NCBI GenBank assembly: GCA_902628085.1
Contig: CACOLO010000005.1
Location: 35,368-99,367, forward strand
Direction of reading: 5' to 3'
Length of the DNA: 64,000 bases
Origin: an uncultured SAR86 cluster bacterium
GTDB taxonomy: Bacteria > Pseudomonadota > Gammaproteobacteria > Magnimaribacterales > D2472
The notes below the pieces were generated by a model. That model was not told the origin of the DNA. It searched no databases and saw only the letters and a list, made by a program, of their open reading frames with translations. A program made the position numbers and the translations under genes. Position 1 is the stretch's first letter, and each line of letters begins with the position of its first letter. This document shows, one piece after another, positions 38,662-48,116 of the stretch.

Positions 38662-39954
38662 AAATATAAATTTCGAAATAAAAATTAAGGTTAAGAACCA
38701 TGCGCCAGATGAAATATTTCTAATCTGGCCTGTTGCTAACTTTAAAGATACATATGTAAGAAAACCTAACGCAATTCCGTCTGCGATTGAAAAAGATAAA
38801 GGAATCATGACAATAATTACCAACGCTGGAAGTAACTCAACAGTTGATGACCAATTTAACTTTTCCATGCCTCCAAGCATTAGTATAGCCACATATATTA
38901 GTGCACCAGAAGTAGCATATGTAGGAATTATTGCTGCAAGTGGTGATAAGAACATTGCAAAGATGAATAATGCTCCAACTACAATAGCTGTTAATCCAGT
39001 TCTCCCTCCAGCTTCTACACCTGCTGAGCTTTCGACATAACTTGTTACAGGGGAACAACCAAAAAATGTGCCGAATATGCTTGCACTGCTATCAGCCTTG
39101 AGGGCGTTATCAAGACCTTTTGATTCAGCATTATCATCAATTAAATTTGCTCTTGTAGCAACTCCTACAAGCGTCCCGGTAGTGTCAAAAAGGTTAACAA
39201 ATAAAAATGACATGATTACAGTAAGCATGCCAATATTTAATGCTCCAAATATATCTAATTTTAAAAAAACAGGAGATATATTAGGAGGGTATGATAACAA
39301 ACCATTAAATTGAACAAGCCCCAATGACATTGCTAAAAGAGTTGTAATTAATATACCAATTATGATAGCGCCAGGTATTTTTCTCACTGAGAAAATCGAT
39401 ATTATTAAAAAACCTACTGCAGCCAGAAGTGTTTCCATTTGTTTAAAATTACCCAAAGATAATATTGTTGCTTCATTGCTTATAATAATCCCGCCATTTT
39501 TAAGTCCAATGAGGCCAATAAATAATCCTACTCCAGCACCCATGGCAATCCTTAAATTTAGAGGGATACTTGTAATCATCCAACCTCTTAGTCGAGTAAT
39601 GCTCATAATAAAAAAAAGTATTCCTGCTATAAAAACTGCACCAAGTGCAATTTCCCATGAATAGCCCATTTCCCCAACAACTGTATAGGTAAAAAATGCA
39701 TTCAAACCCATGCCTGGGGCTAGCCCAATTGGCCAGTTCGCAATTAAACCCATAACAAAGCATGCAATTGCGGCTGCAAGACAAGTTCCTACAAATATTG
39801 CACCTTGATCCATTCCTGTAGAAGACATAATTTGTGGATTTACAAATATGATGTATGCCATGGTTATAAATGTTGTGAAACCGGCTAATAATTCTTTTTT
39901 AATAGTGGTATGATGTTCTCTTATTTTAAAAATCTGCTCTAAAGTTTTTTTCAT
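38656..39954 (-). CDS. NCS2-family nucleobase permease (AzgA/adenine-guanine-hypoxanthine type)
   Basis: 432 aa and polytopic. It has the N-terminus HHTTIKKELLAGFTTFITMAYIIFVNP and the internal motif YVESSAGVEAGGRTGLT. Confidence 0.85.
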   Translation of the reverse strand: MKKTLEQIFKIREHHTTIKKELLAGFTTFITMAYIIFVNPQIMSSTGMDQGAIFVGTCLAAAIACFVMGLIANWPIGLAPGMGLNAFFTYTVVGEMGYSWEIALGAVFIAGILFFIMSITRLRGWMITSIPLNLRIAMGAGVGLFIGLIGLKNGGIIISNEATILSLGNFKQMETLLAAVGFLIISIFSVRKIPGAIIIGILITTLLAMSLGLVQFNGLLSYPPNISPVFLKLDIFGALNIGMLTVIMSFLFVNLFDTTGTLVGVATRANLIDDNAESKGLDNALKADSSASIFGTFFGCSPVTSYVESSAGVEAGGRTGLTAIVVGALFIFAMFLSPLAAIIPTYATSGALIYVAILMLGGMEKLNWSSTVELLPALVIIVMIPLSFSIADGIALGFLTYVSLKLATGQIRNISSGAWFLTLIFISKFIFL

Positions 39955-39999
39955 AAAAATTTCGAAATTTGGCTTTTCAAGATTTTAAAAGTATACATT

Positions 40000-40024
40000 T
40001 ATTTAACTTATATATAGTTAAATA
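40000..40024. promoter_or_regulatory. Perfect 25-bp palindrome, a candidate operator in the divergent permease/TBDR intergenic region
   Basis: The sequence is tatttaact-tatatat-agttaaata; the arms are exact reverse complements. Confidence 0.3.
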
Positions 40025-40118
40025 TTTTTAGAATAAATACATTATTGAATTTATTTTTTTGGCATGTAATTTGCATGTTTTTATATTAATATTATTTATT
40101 TTAGATGGGGATCTAAAC

Positions 40119-42446
40119 ATGACTTTTAAAAAACTAAACTTTATTAAGCTCAGTTTATTAGCACTTGTTTTTTTATTGAACATCAATGATGTGCAATCTC
40201 AAGAGCAAACTATCGAGGATGTGATTGTTAGTGCTGAAAAAAGAGATGAAAGCCTTCAGACTGTATCGCAAGCAGTTACTGCAATTACTGATTCAGAACT
40301 TGAAGCAAAAAATATTACTTCTTTTGTAGATTTAACCGCCATCGTACCAGGTGTAACGGTTGCAAAAAACGAAGGCTATAAAACGGTTATATCAATAAGA
40401 GGTATTGGTAATGAAACTAATCAGAACGCCATAGCTGCACCTTCAGTTGCATATCATATGGATGGAATTTTTATTGCATCTCCATTTTCGCTTCAAACAG
40501 ATTTTATTGACATCCAAAGAATTGAAATTTTAAGAGGCCCTCAAGGGACTCTATTTGGTCAAAACTCAACAGGTGGTGCTATTAATGTTATCAGCAATAA
40601 GCCAACTTCAGAAGAAGCTTTTTCAAAAGCTGACATTACAATTGGTGATTACGGTTTAACAAAGATAAGAGGCACTTCAAACATACCTCTGTCTGAAACA
40701 GTAAGTACAAAATTCTCTTTTGCTACTACTGACAGAGATGGATTCTCTGAAAATATATTCACCGGACAAGATCTTGATGATGCTTCAAATGTGAGTATCA
40801 GATCAGATTGGATGTTTGAGCTTAGTGATGCAACAAGTTTAAGAATCTTTGGTCAATATTTTGATGTAGACAGAAACGGTGCTGCCATTAGAGGTATTGA
40901 TGACCAATCTTCAAACATGAGGAAACTCTCACAAAATACAATTTCTAATCAGGAACTAACTTCTTCAGTTTTTGCGGTGATTTATGAGTCTGATCTCGGC
41001 TATGCAAATTTAAAAATTTTAGCTAGTACTCAAGAAGATGATATCTCTGTAACTAGGGACAATGATCGACATAATTTTGGAGATCCTGTTCTCTCAATCC
41101 CTGGACTAGGAGCTGGAGCAACTTACCAGCAAGCTGAGTTTCGTCCTGAAACTTCTCTAGTTGAGACCAAAACTTTTGAAATCAATCTTATTTCAAATGA
41201 GCCATTAATGGATGGCAAGCTTGATTGGACACTTGGAGCTTTCTATATGGAGCATGAAATAGAAAATGTCATTAGAGGCTATAGAGATGATGATTTAGAC
41301 GGTGTATTTAAGTATGTTTGTGATGAGCCATTTGCTGATCCGAGTTACTGTTACACTCATGATTTTGGTATCCCAGGAAGATTTGACATCTTTGGACCAA
41401 GTGCAGATGTAGACTTTTTCACAGATGCATTCCCATATAGAGAATCATTATCTGTTTATGCACAAACAACATATAGTTTTAGCGATACTTTTAGATTGGT
41501 TTCAGGTTTAAGATATTCTGAAGATACTTTTGGTACAGATGTTGCTAACTTCTTCAATGCAGGTGATCAATTCCAAGAAGAAGGCACTACAGACGAAGTT
41601 ACAAGCAGAATTACTGGAGAATATGATCTTGGTGACGCAACAATGGCATATCTAACTCTTTCAAAAGGTTTTAAGCCTGGTGGAAGTAACCTAACTTTTG
41701 GTTTTGATGGTGATAATGCTCCACCAATGGTTTTTCCAACTTTTGAAGCTGAAACCGTTGATTCTACTGAAGTTGGTTTAAAAACTGATTTATTTGATGG
41801 TCAAGCGAGAGCAAACGTTGCAGTATTCTTCTATGACTATGAGAATCTTCAATTTCAAGCGACCGATCCAGATCCTTATAGAGGTGGCGTTGCGAATATT
41901 CCAGAATCTGAGATGTCTGGAGTAGAGATTGAATTTACCGGATTGATTTCAGATTCATTAACATTTGATATGAATTTAGCATTTTTAGACTCTGAAGTAA
42001 CTTCAGATTATGAAGTATTAGACAATGTTGATGCATATCAATATTTCTTTGGTGAAGAAGATCTTCGTTATGGTCTTAGAGAAAACATTAGAGGCAACAA
42101 GCTTGCTAAAAGTCCTGAGTTTACAGCTGATCTCAGTGTAGTATATGAGACTGATCTAGCATCTGGTAATAGCCTTACAGCAATTATGCAGTATGTAAAA
42201 AGAGGTGAGTTCGAACAAAGGGTTTCAAATAATCCTATAGTAGACTCCATACCAGCTTACGACATATTTAACATAACTGTTGGCATTGATTTTATGAATA
42301 GTGTAAGTGTAGACTTCATGCTTCTAAATGCCACTGATGAAGACGGTATTAATTCAAGTATGACAGATGTATTTGGTGTTGCAGCATCAGGCCTAGAACT
42401 TATACCACCAAGACAAATAATGACTAGAATAAGTTACGATTTCTGA
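40119..42446 (+). CDS. TonB-dependent outer-membrane receptor
   Basis: The ATG at 40119 gives the signal peptide MTFKKLNFIKLSLLALVFLLNINDVQSQ. Next come a TonB-box-like IEDVIVSA and the plug motifs (IEILRGPQGTLFGQNSTGGAINV). The terminal residue is aromatic (...SYDF). Confidence 0.85.
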   Translation: MTFKKLNFIKLSLLALVFLLNINDVQSQEQTIEDVIVSAEKRDESLQTVSQAVTAITDSELEAKNITSFVDLTAIVPGVTVAKNEGYKTVISIRGIGNETNQNAIAAPSVAYHMDGIFIASPFSLQTDFIDIQRIEILRGPQGTLFGQNSTGGAINVISNKPTSEEAFSKADITIGDYGLTKIRGTSNIPLSETVSTKFSFATTDRDGFSENIFTGQDLDDASNVSIRSDWMFELSDATSLRIFGQYFDVDRNGAAIRGIDDQSSNMRKLSQNTISNQELTSSVFAVIYESDLGYANLKILASTQEDDISVTRDNDRHNFGDPVLSIPGLGAGATYQQAEFRPETSLVETKTFEINLISNEPLMDGKLDWTLGAFYMEHEIENVIRGYRDDDLDGVFKYVCDEPFADPSYCYTHDFGIPGRFDIFGPSADVDFFTDAFPYRESLSVYAQTTYSFSDTFRLVSGLRYSEDTFGTDVANFFNAGDQFQEEGTTDEVTSRITGEYDLGDATMAYLTLSKGFKPGGSNLTFGFDGDNAPPMVFPTFEAETVDSTEVGLKTDLFDGQARANVAVFFYDYENLQFQATDPDPYRGGVANIPESEMSGVEIEFTGLISDSLTFDMNLAFLDSEVTSDYEVLDNVDAYQYFFGEEDLRYGLRENIRGNKLAKSPEFTADLSVVYETDLASGNSLTAIMQYVKRGEFEQRVSNNPIVDSIPAYDIFNITVGIDFMNSVSVDFMLLNATDEDGINSSMTDVFGVAASGLELIPPRQIMTRISYDF

Positions 42447-42497
42447 TAAAAATCTAATATAGAGCTATAATCTTTGTTTTAAATATCTCAATTTAAC

Positions 42498-43061
42498 ATG
42501 GAAAAGCTCTATATAAGGTCCGAGGACCTGCTTAAAGACTCATTTCAATTAGCTTGGAATGTTTATGAAAGTGGTTTTAAACCCAATTATATTGTTGGTG
42601 TTTGGAGAGGTGGAGCACCAATTGGTATTGCAGTGCAAGAATTTTTAAGTGTACTAGGAGTAAAGTCTGATCATGTCGCCATCAGAACTTCATATTACAC
42701 CGGTATAGACGCCAAAAAAGACAGTGTTCAAGTATATGGCTTGAATTATGTAATAAGAAAGCTTGAATCAGAAGACAGACTTCTCATTGTTGATGATGTG
42801 CATGATACAGGTAACTCAATTTCTCAAATAATTACAGACCTAAAGAAAGCATGTAAAAAAAATACTCCTGAAATTAAAATTGCAACACCATATTACAAAC
42901 CAAATAAAAACGAATCAGAATATAAGCCAGATTATTACTTACATGAAACTGATCAATGGCTAGTTTTTCCTCATGAGCTTGAAGGATTATCATTGGAAGA
43001 AATTCAAAAAAATAAGCCTGAACTCCAATATTTAATGGACAAAATTAAAGAATATCTTTAA
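42498..43061 (+). CDS. Purine phosphoribosyltransferase-family protein (HPRT/XGPRT-like)
   Basis: 187 aa with the PRPP-binding motif LLIVDDVHDTGNS. It sits in a purine context. Confidence 0.75.
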   Translation: MEKLYIRSEDLLKDSFQLAWNVYESGFKPNYIVGVWRGGAPIGIAVQEFLSVLGVKSDHVAIRTSYYTGIDAKKDSVQVYGLNYVIRKLESEDRLLIVDDVHDTGNSISQIITDLKKACKKNTPEIKIATPYYKPNKNESEYKPDYYLHETDQWLVFPHELEGLSLEEIQKNKPELQYLMDKIKEYL

Positions 43062-43127
43062 TTAGATATTGTTCTTAGCTAGATTTAATACTCTTTTTTT
43101 TCCATTTTTCTTTGGTTATAATCTGAC

Positions 43128-44591
43128 ATGGAAAAATTAAAACAAAAAGCGTTAACATTCGATGACGTATTACTTTTACCAAGTTATAGTGACTTTCTGC
43201 CCAGTGATGCAAATACTGAATCAAAACTTTCTAAAAACATCTCATTAAAAATACCTTTGATTTCAGCAGCCATGGATACTGTTACAGAATCAAGTATGGC
43301 TATTGCACTTGCAGAGGCAGGAGGTATTGGAATTATTCACAAAAATAATTCAATTAAAGAGCAGGCTAATCTTGTGAGGTCTGTAAAAAAATATGAAAGT
43401 GGTATTGTACGGGACCCAGTCACAATAAGTTCAAAGAAATCAATTGGAGAGTTAAAACAACTTACATCTGAATTAAGCATTTCAGGAATGCCGGTTGTTG
43501 ATGACGGTGAATTAAAGGGAATCGTTACAAGTAGAGATTTTCGTTATGCGGAAAATATGGAATCAGATGTTTCTACTATTATGACGCCGCTAGAAAAGCT
43601 GGTAACAGTAAAAGAGGGAGTTTCTCAAACAGAAGTAATGCAATTAATGTATAAAAATAGAATTGAAAAAGTTCTTGTTCTTGATGATGAGGATAAGTTA
43701 TCAGGCCTTGTAACAATGAGAGACATTGAAAATACTGCTAAAAATCCTGATGCCACCAAAGATGATTTTGGTAGATTAATAGTAGGAGCAGCTTTGGGAA
43801 CTGATAAAGATACTATTGATAGAGCCGGAGCGTTATTTAATGAAGGAGTAGATGTTTTAGTAATAGATAGCGCGCATGGGCACTCTAAAAATGTCATCGA
43901 AACCATTAAAACCATTAAACAAAAATTTCCAAGTGTTGATGTTGTCGGAGGTAACATTGCCACTGCAGAAGCAGCTATGGAGTTAGTCAAAGCAGGAGCT
44001 GATGCAGTAAAGGTTGGAATGGGCCCTGGCTCAATTTGTACTACAAGAATTATCGCAGGCATCGGTGTGCCACAAATTTCAGCAATATTTGATGTCAGTA
44101 CAGCACTAAAAAATACTGAGGTAGCTGTTATAGCAGACGGTGGAATTAGATTTTCGGGAGACATTGCTAAGGCAATTGCTGCAGGGGCTGACTCAGTAAT
44201 GTTAGGAAGTCTGTTTGCTGGAACTGAGGAGGCTCCAGGAAAAGTTGAGTTATTTCAAGGCAGAAGCTTTAAAACATATCGTGGTATGGGTTCAATTGGT
44301 GCAATGACAGAACGTGAGGATGCAAACAGATATATGCAGGAAGACGTCGCTGCAGATAAACTTGTACCTGAAGGAATCGAAGGTAGAGTTCCTTATAAAG
44401 GTCTAGTATTAAATGTTGTAAACCAACTTATTGGAGGTTTACGACAAAGCATGGGTTACATTGGATGTAAAAATATTTCTGAAATGCACAAAAAAAGTAA
44501 GTTCGTTGAAATTACAAATGCTGGCATGACAGAGAGTCATGTTCATGATGTTATGATTACTAAAGAGGCTCCTAACTATCAGAGAAGTTAG
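43128..44591 (+). CDS. guaB: IMP dehydrogenase
   Basis: 487 aa with [10 protein letters not shown], a CBS pair, the catalytic [11 protein letters not shown]-type loop ([11 protein letters not shown]) and GGIRFSGD. Confidence 0.95.
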   Translation: MEKLKQKALTFDDVLLLPSYSDFLPSDANTESKLSKNISLKIPLISAAMDTVTESSMAIALAEAGGIGIIHKNNSIKEQANLVRSVKKYESGIVRDPVTISSKKSIGELKQLTSELSISGMPVVDDGELKGIVTSRDFRYAENMESDVSTIMTPLEKLVTVKEGVSQTEVMQLMYKNRIEKVLVLDDEDKLSGLVTMRDIENTAKNPDATKDDFGRLIVGAALGTDKDTIDRAGALFNEGVDVLVIDSAHGHSKNVIETIKTIKQKFPSVDVVGGNIATAEAAMELVKAGADAVKVGMGPGSICTTRIIAGIGVPQISAIFDVSTALKNTEVAVIADGGIRFSGDIAKAIAAGADSVMLGSLFAGTEEAPGKVELFQGRSFKTYRGMGSIGAMTEREDANRYMQEDVAADKLVPEGIEGRVPYKGLVLNVVNQLIGGLRQSMGYIGCKNISEMHKKSKFVEITNAGMTESHVHDVMITKEAPNYQRS

Positions 44592-44598
44592 TTAGCAA

Positions 44599-46164
44599 AT
44601 GAATAAACTATCAGTTAACAATAAAGCTATTGATACCATTTTAGTTCTTGATTTTGGATCACAATATACTCAATTAATTGCCAGAAGAGTAAGAGAAAGT
44701 AACGTTTATTCAGAAATTCTTCCATGGGACATTAATGAAGAAAAAATAAGGGAGCTTAATCCAAAAGGTGTTATTTTATCAGGAGGCCCAAACTCAGTTA
44801 CTGAAAGTTTTACACCAAGAGTTCCACAAGTTATTTTTGATCTAACAGTTCCATTACTAGGGATTTGCTATGGTATGCAAACTCTAGCTGAACAAATGGG
44901 AGGACACGTTGTGTCTGTTGATCAAAAGGAGTTTGGTCATTCATCTCTTGATGTTGTCTCAAATTCAAAAATATTTGAAGGCATTAATAAAAAATTAAAT
45001 GTTTGGATGAGTCATGGTGATCAAGTACAAGATTTACCTGATAATTTTAAGCTTATAGCATCAACCTCAACCGCTCCAATAGCTGTTATGGAACACGAAT
45101 CTTTGCCAATGTTTGGAATTCAATTTCATCCAGAGGTAACTCATACTGAGCAGGGTAAAAAAATATTGGATAATTTTATTTTGAATATATGTCATGCTAA
45201 AACTGAATGGAACATTGATGACGTAATTTCACAAAGAATTCACGATATAAAAGAAAAAGTCAAAAATGATAAGGTTCTTCTTGGTTTATCTGGTGGAGTT
45301 GATTCTTCTGTAACAGCAACATTACTTCATAAAGCAATAGGTAAGAATCTAACTTGTGTTTTTGTAGATAATGGACTATTAAGAAAAGGTGAAGCAGATG
45401 ACGTAATGCAAACCTTCAAAGAAAATATGAGTCTAAATGTTATTAAATCAGATAGTGAGGAGATTTTTCTCAGGCATCTAAAAAATATCGAAGATCCTGA
45501 ACAAAAAAGAAAAATTATTGGCAGAACTTTCGTAGATGTTTTTGACGCAGAAGCTATAAAATTGAAAGATATCAAATTTCTTGCTCAAGGAACAATTTAT
45601 CCAGATGTAATTGAATCATCTGGAAGCGAATCAAAAGAAGCGCGAACCATAAAATCACATCATAATGTTGGAGGCCTTCCAGATGAAATGAAGCTAGATT
45701 TAGTTGAGCCCTTAAGAGATCTCTTTAAAGACGAGGTAAGAAAAATGGGTAAAGAGCTTGGATTGCCTCAAGAAATGTTAGACAGACATCCGTTTCCTGG
45801 TCCTGGTCTGGGAGTAAGAATAATTGGTGAAATAACAAAAGAAAAAACAAAAATCCTAAAAGAGGCAGACCATATTTTCATACAAGAGCTTATTAAGGCT
45901 GATTTGTATGATCAAGTCTCTCAAGCTTTTGCAGTTCTTTTGCCAGTGAAATCTGTTGGAGTTGTTGGTGATGAGAGGCGATATGCAGAAGTAATTGGTT
46001 TAAGGGCCGTTGAAACTGTAGATTTCATGACTGCTAAGTGGGCGCATTTACCTTATGATTTTCTTGAACTTGTATCAAATAGAATAGTTAATGAGATAGA
46101 AGATGTCAGTAGAGTGGTTTATGACATATCAAGCAAACCTCCTGCTACCATAGAATGGGAATGA
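44599..46164 (+). CDS. guaA: GMP synthase (glutamine-hydrolysing)
   Basis: 521 aa with GICYGMQ, the PP-loop SGGVDSS and the C-terminus KPPATIEWE*. Confidence 0.95.
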   Translation: MNKLSVNNKAIDTILVLDFGSQYTQLIARRVRESNVYSEILPWDINEEKIRELNPKGVILSGGPNSVTESFTPRVPQVIFDLTVPLLGICYGMQTLAEQMGGHVVSVDQKEFGHSSLDVVSNSKIFEGINKKLNVWMSHGDQVQDLPDNFKLIASTSTAPIAVMEHESLPMFGIQFHPEVTHTEQGKKILDNFILNICHAKTEWNIDDVISQRIHDIKEKVKNDKVLLGLSGGVDSSVTATLLHKAIGKNLTCVFVDNGLLRKGEADDVMQTFKENMSLNVIKSDSEEIFLRHLKNIEDPEQKRKIIGRTFVDVFDAEAIKLKDIKFLAQGTIYPDVIESSGSESKEARTIKSHHNVGGLPDEMKLDLVEPLRDLFKDEVRKMGKELGLPQEMLDRHPFPGPGLGVRIIGEITKEKTKILKEADHIFIQELIKADLYDQVSQAFAVLLPVKSVGVVGDERRYAEVIGLRAVETVDFMTAKWAHLPYDFLELVSNRIVNEIEDVSRVVYDISSKPPATIEWE

Positions 46165-46562
46165 AGAAAAGAAAAGTTTTTCAACATAACCAATTTAAAT
46201 GTGTTGTTGCATTTTGGAAAGGTAAATATCAGGGAGTAGCAAGACTCTCAAATGAAGTTGTTTTTAAACTTATAGGTATTGATCTTGAAGATGTGGAGAT
46301 TAAACTCAAAGACCAAATAGAAAAAAATGGACAAGAAATTGTTTATGATCACTTAAAAAAGGTTCATCAAGAACTTCTAAAATCAAACAATGTTAAGAAT
46401 TATCAAGATATTGAAATAACTTTATCTAAGAAAAATCACAGAACAGCACATTGTTTTAGATGCAGAGGCCAACTAGACAATCATTATAATCACGAATGTA
46501 ATGCATGTGGATGGATTCTTTGTGTTTGTGGTGCGTGTGGTTGTAGTTATATGAAATTTTAA
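46161..46562 (+). CDS. Hypothetical protein with a C-terminal Cys-rich zinc-ribbon-like module
   Basis: About 133 aa. The ATG at 46161 overlaps the guaA TGA (ATGA); the track start is 46155. The C-terminus is [32 protein letters not shown]. No family recognised. Confidence 0.5.
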   Translation: MKKRKVFQHNQFKCVVAFWKGKYQGVARLSNEVVFKLIGIDLEDVEIKLKDQIEKNGQEIVYDHLKKVHQELLKSNNVKNYQDIEITLSKKNHRTAHCFRCRGQLDNHYNHECNACGWILCVCGACGCSYMKF

Positions 46563-47998
46563 TGAAAACTACTGATTGGATTTTAAAAAAATGTAAAGAA
46601 GAGTTCTTTGAAATTGAGAATAGAACTGACTTAACAGATGATCAAAAAATATCTCAATTAATAACAGTAACTTCTAGTATTTGTGCAGGAGTAGCAGTTC
46701 AACCTATCCCATTTGGTGATATATTTATTCTCACACCGATTCAGGCATATCTAGGAACTAGAATAGCAAATGTAAGAGGTATTCCAATTTCTCAGAATAC
46801 TGCTTTTCAAACTGTAAAAGAGATATCGGGGATGATAGGACTTGGACTATTAGCACAACAGTTAGTAATAGGTGCCTATAAATTCATTCCTTATTGGGGA
46901 AGTATCACCTCAATACCTGTAGTTTTTGGAATGTCACTGGCGATTGGAAAAGTCTTGGATATATATTTCACAAAAAAATCTCTTGGTCAGCATATCGATC
47001 CTGAATATCTTAAGAGTGTGTTCAACAAAGCAAAAGAAGAAGGTAAAAGAAGAGCAAAAGAAAGTGATGCTCAAGAAACTTTTAAAAAATATTCAGAAGA
47101 GTTTAGTAATAAAGATTTACCAAATAAAGGAATTGAATTTTTAAGAACAAATTTTGATGATCTTATTATTATTGCCTCCCTTCAAAATATACAGAAAGGT
47201 CTTAATCTCAATCAAAATGATGAAATAGTTCTCAGTGCATTCAGTAGGTATTCTGGAAGAACTTTTGATCTAGATAGCACAAGAGAATATTTAAATTCAA
47301 TGAGTGATGATCAAATAGTTGGTGTTGTATCGAATGTGAAGGGCATTCTGCATGAAATGGAATTTGTAAGAATTGAAAATTCAGATGGAGATCAAATATC
47401 AGCAGCACTTTTCCCCGAAACAAATCATAAAGGATTTGATGTATTGATGACAGATAAAGAACTTGGAACAAGTTGGGAGATACAACTAAAAACAACTGAA
47501 AATTCAGAATATGTTAGGGAATGGATTCAAAAATATCCTGACGGTGAAATTTTAGTATCAGAAGAAATTGCAAATGAAATGGGTCTTAATTCTTCTGGTT
47601 TAAGCAATGAAGATTTAACATTAAAGGTTGAGTCTTTTGTAGATAAGTTATTAAATGAGAAAAATAACACAGATTTTTTATATTTGATTCCAACACTGTC
47701 TTTATTATCAATATCTATCTGCATTATTGAATTATTCAAAAGATATAAGACTAATGAAATTAGTTATGAAGAATTTAAAGAACTATCAATGAGAGTCTCA
47801 GGAATAAAAGTAGGTAAATTTGCGATATTAATTACGGTACTAAGCATACCTGTGATAAATGTAGTTGTAGGTTCGGCGTTGGTTGCAAGAGTTATATATT
47901 CACTAATTACCATCTCTTCAGAAAGAAGTTTTAAAGATAGTGAAATGTCTGAAAATATATATTCAACTAGTTTAAGAATGATTAGAGATAAAAGATAA
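46562..47998 (+). CDS. Hypothetical membrane protein: DUF697-like N-terminal domain, Mrr-cat/PD-(D/E)xK-like central domain, two C-terminal TM helices
   Basis: 478 aa with a TAATG overlap onto the upstream gene. VQPIPFGDIFILTPIQAYLGTRIANVRG is DUF697-like. GILHEMEF...HKGFDVLMTD...WEIQLKT follows the E..D..QxK nuclease-fold pattern. The TM helices are FLYLIPTLSLLSISICIIELF and FAILITVLSIPVINVVVGSALV. Confidence 0.55.
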   Translation: MKTTDWILKKCKEEFFEIENRTDLTDDQKISQLITVTSSICAGVAVQPIPFGDIFILTPIQAYLGTRIANVRGIPISQNTAFQTVKEISGMIGLGLLAQQLVIGAYKFIPYWGSITSIPVVFGMSLAIGKVLDIYFTKKSLGQHIDPEYLKSVFNKAKEEGKRRAKESDAQETFKKYSEEFSNKDLPNKGIEFLRTNFDDLIIIASLQNIQKGLNLNQNDEIVLSAFSRYSGRTFDLDSTREYLNSMSDDQIVGVVSNVKGILHEMEFVRIENSDGDQISAALFPETNHKGFDVLMTDKELGTSWEIQLKTTENSEYVREWIQKYPDGEILVSEEIANEMGLNSSGLSNEDLTLKVESFVDKLLNEKNNTDFLYLIPTLSLLSISICIIELFKRYKTNEISYEEFKELSMRVSGIKVGKFAILITVLSIPVINVVVGSALVARVIYSLITISSERSFKDSEMSENIYSTSLRMIRDKR

Positions 47999-48003
47999 TT
48001 AGT

Positions 48004-48108
48004 ATGCAAAGTTTGACAAAGTGGCAAAACACAAAAAAGACACTCGGAAACACAGTCATAGCAGGGGTTTCAGAGGTGGTGTTTTGTGCAACTATTGAGT
48101 GGGAATAA
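48004..48108 (+). pseudogene. Degraded duplicate of the guaA 3' end (integration-scar-like remnant)
   Basis: The translation is MQSLTKWQNTKKTLGNTVIAGVSEVVFCATIEWE*. The genuine GuaA tail is ..[48 protein letters not shown] is locally higher than the surroundings. Confidence 0.55.
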
Positions 48109-48116
48109 ATATTAAA

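Noticed and set aside
40059-40118. A 20-aa N-terminal extension of the TonB-dependent receptor (track start at 40059)
   Set aside because: The extension lies upstream of a canonical signal peptide that begins at the ATG at 40119. A receptor needs the signal peptide at its N-terminus.
43100-43130. A TATAAT box only 8 nt upstream of the guaB ATG, suggesting a leaderless transcript
   Set aside because: TATAAT-like hexamers are frequent by chance in a genome of about 30% GC, and there is no supporting -35 element or transcript data. I did not report it as a feature.
43625-44164. A 179-aa ORF antisense to guaB
   Set aside because: It lies entirely inside a highly conserved gene on the opposite strand and has a low-complexity A/S/T/P composition typical of antisense frames. 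The same reasoning applies to 38645..39040, 39068..39313, 39362..39664 and 39500..39784 within or antisense to the NCS2 permease gene. It also applies to the other short ORFs nested in larger genes (4166..4369, 5399..5587, 5613..5894, 9820..10020, 10278..10499, 33330..33524 and others).
48000-48116. A relatively GC-rich leader upstream of the MFS transporter with long-range complementarity (ggcaaaacac ... gtgttttgtgc), considered as a riboswitch or sRNA
   Set aside because: It matches no riboswitch consensus I know (purine, ZTP, preQ1, guanidine, fluoride, SRP RNA). The composition and the in-frame ..ATIEWE* ending are better explained as a decayed guaA 3' fragment.
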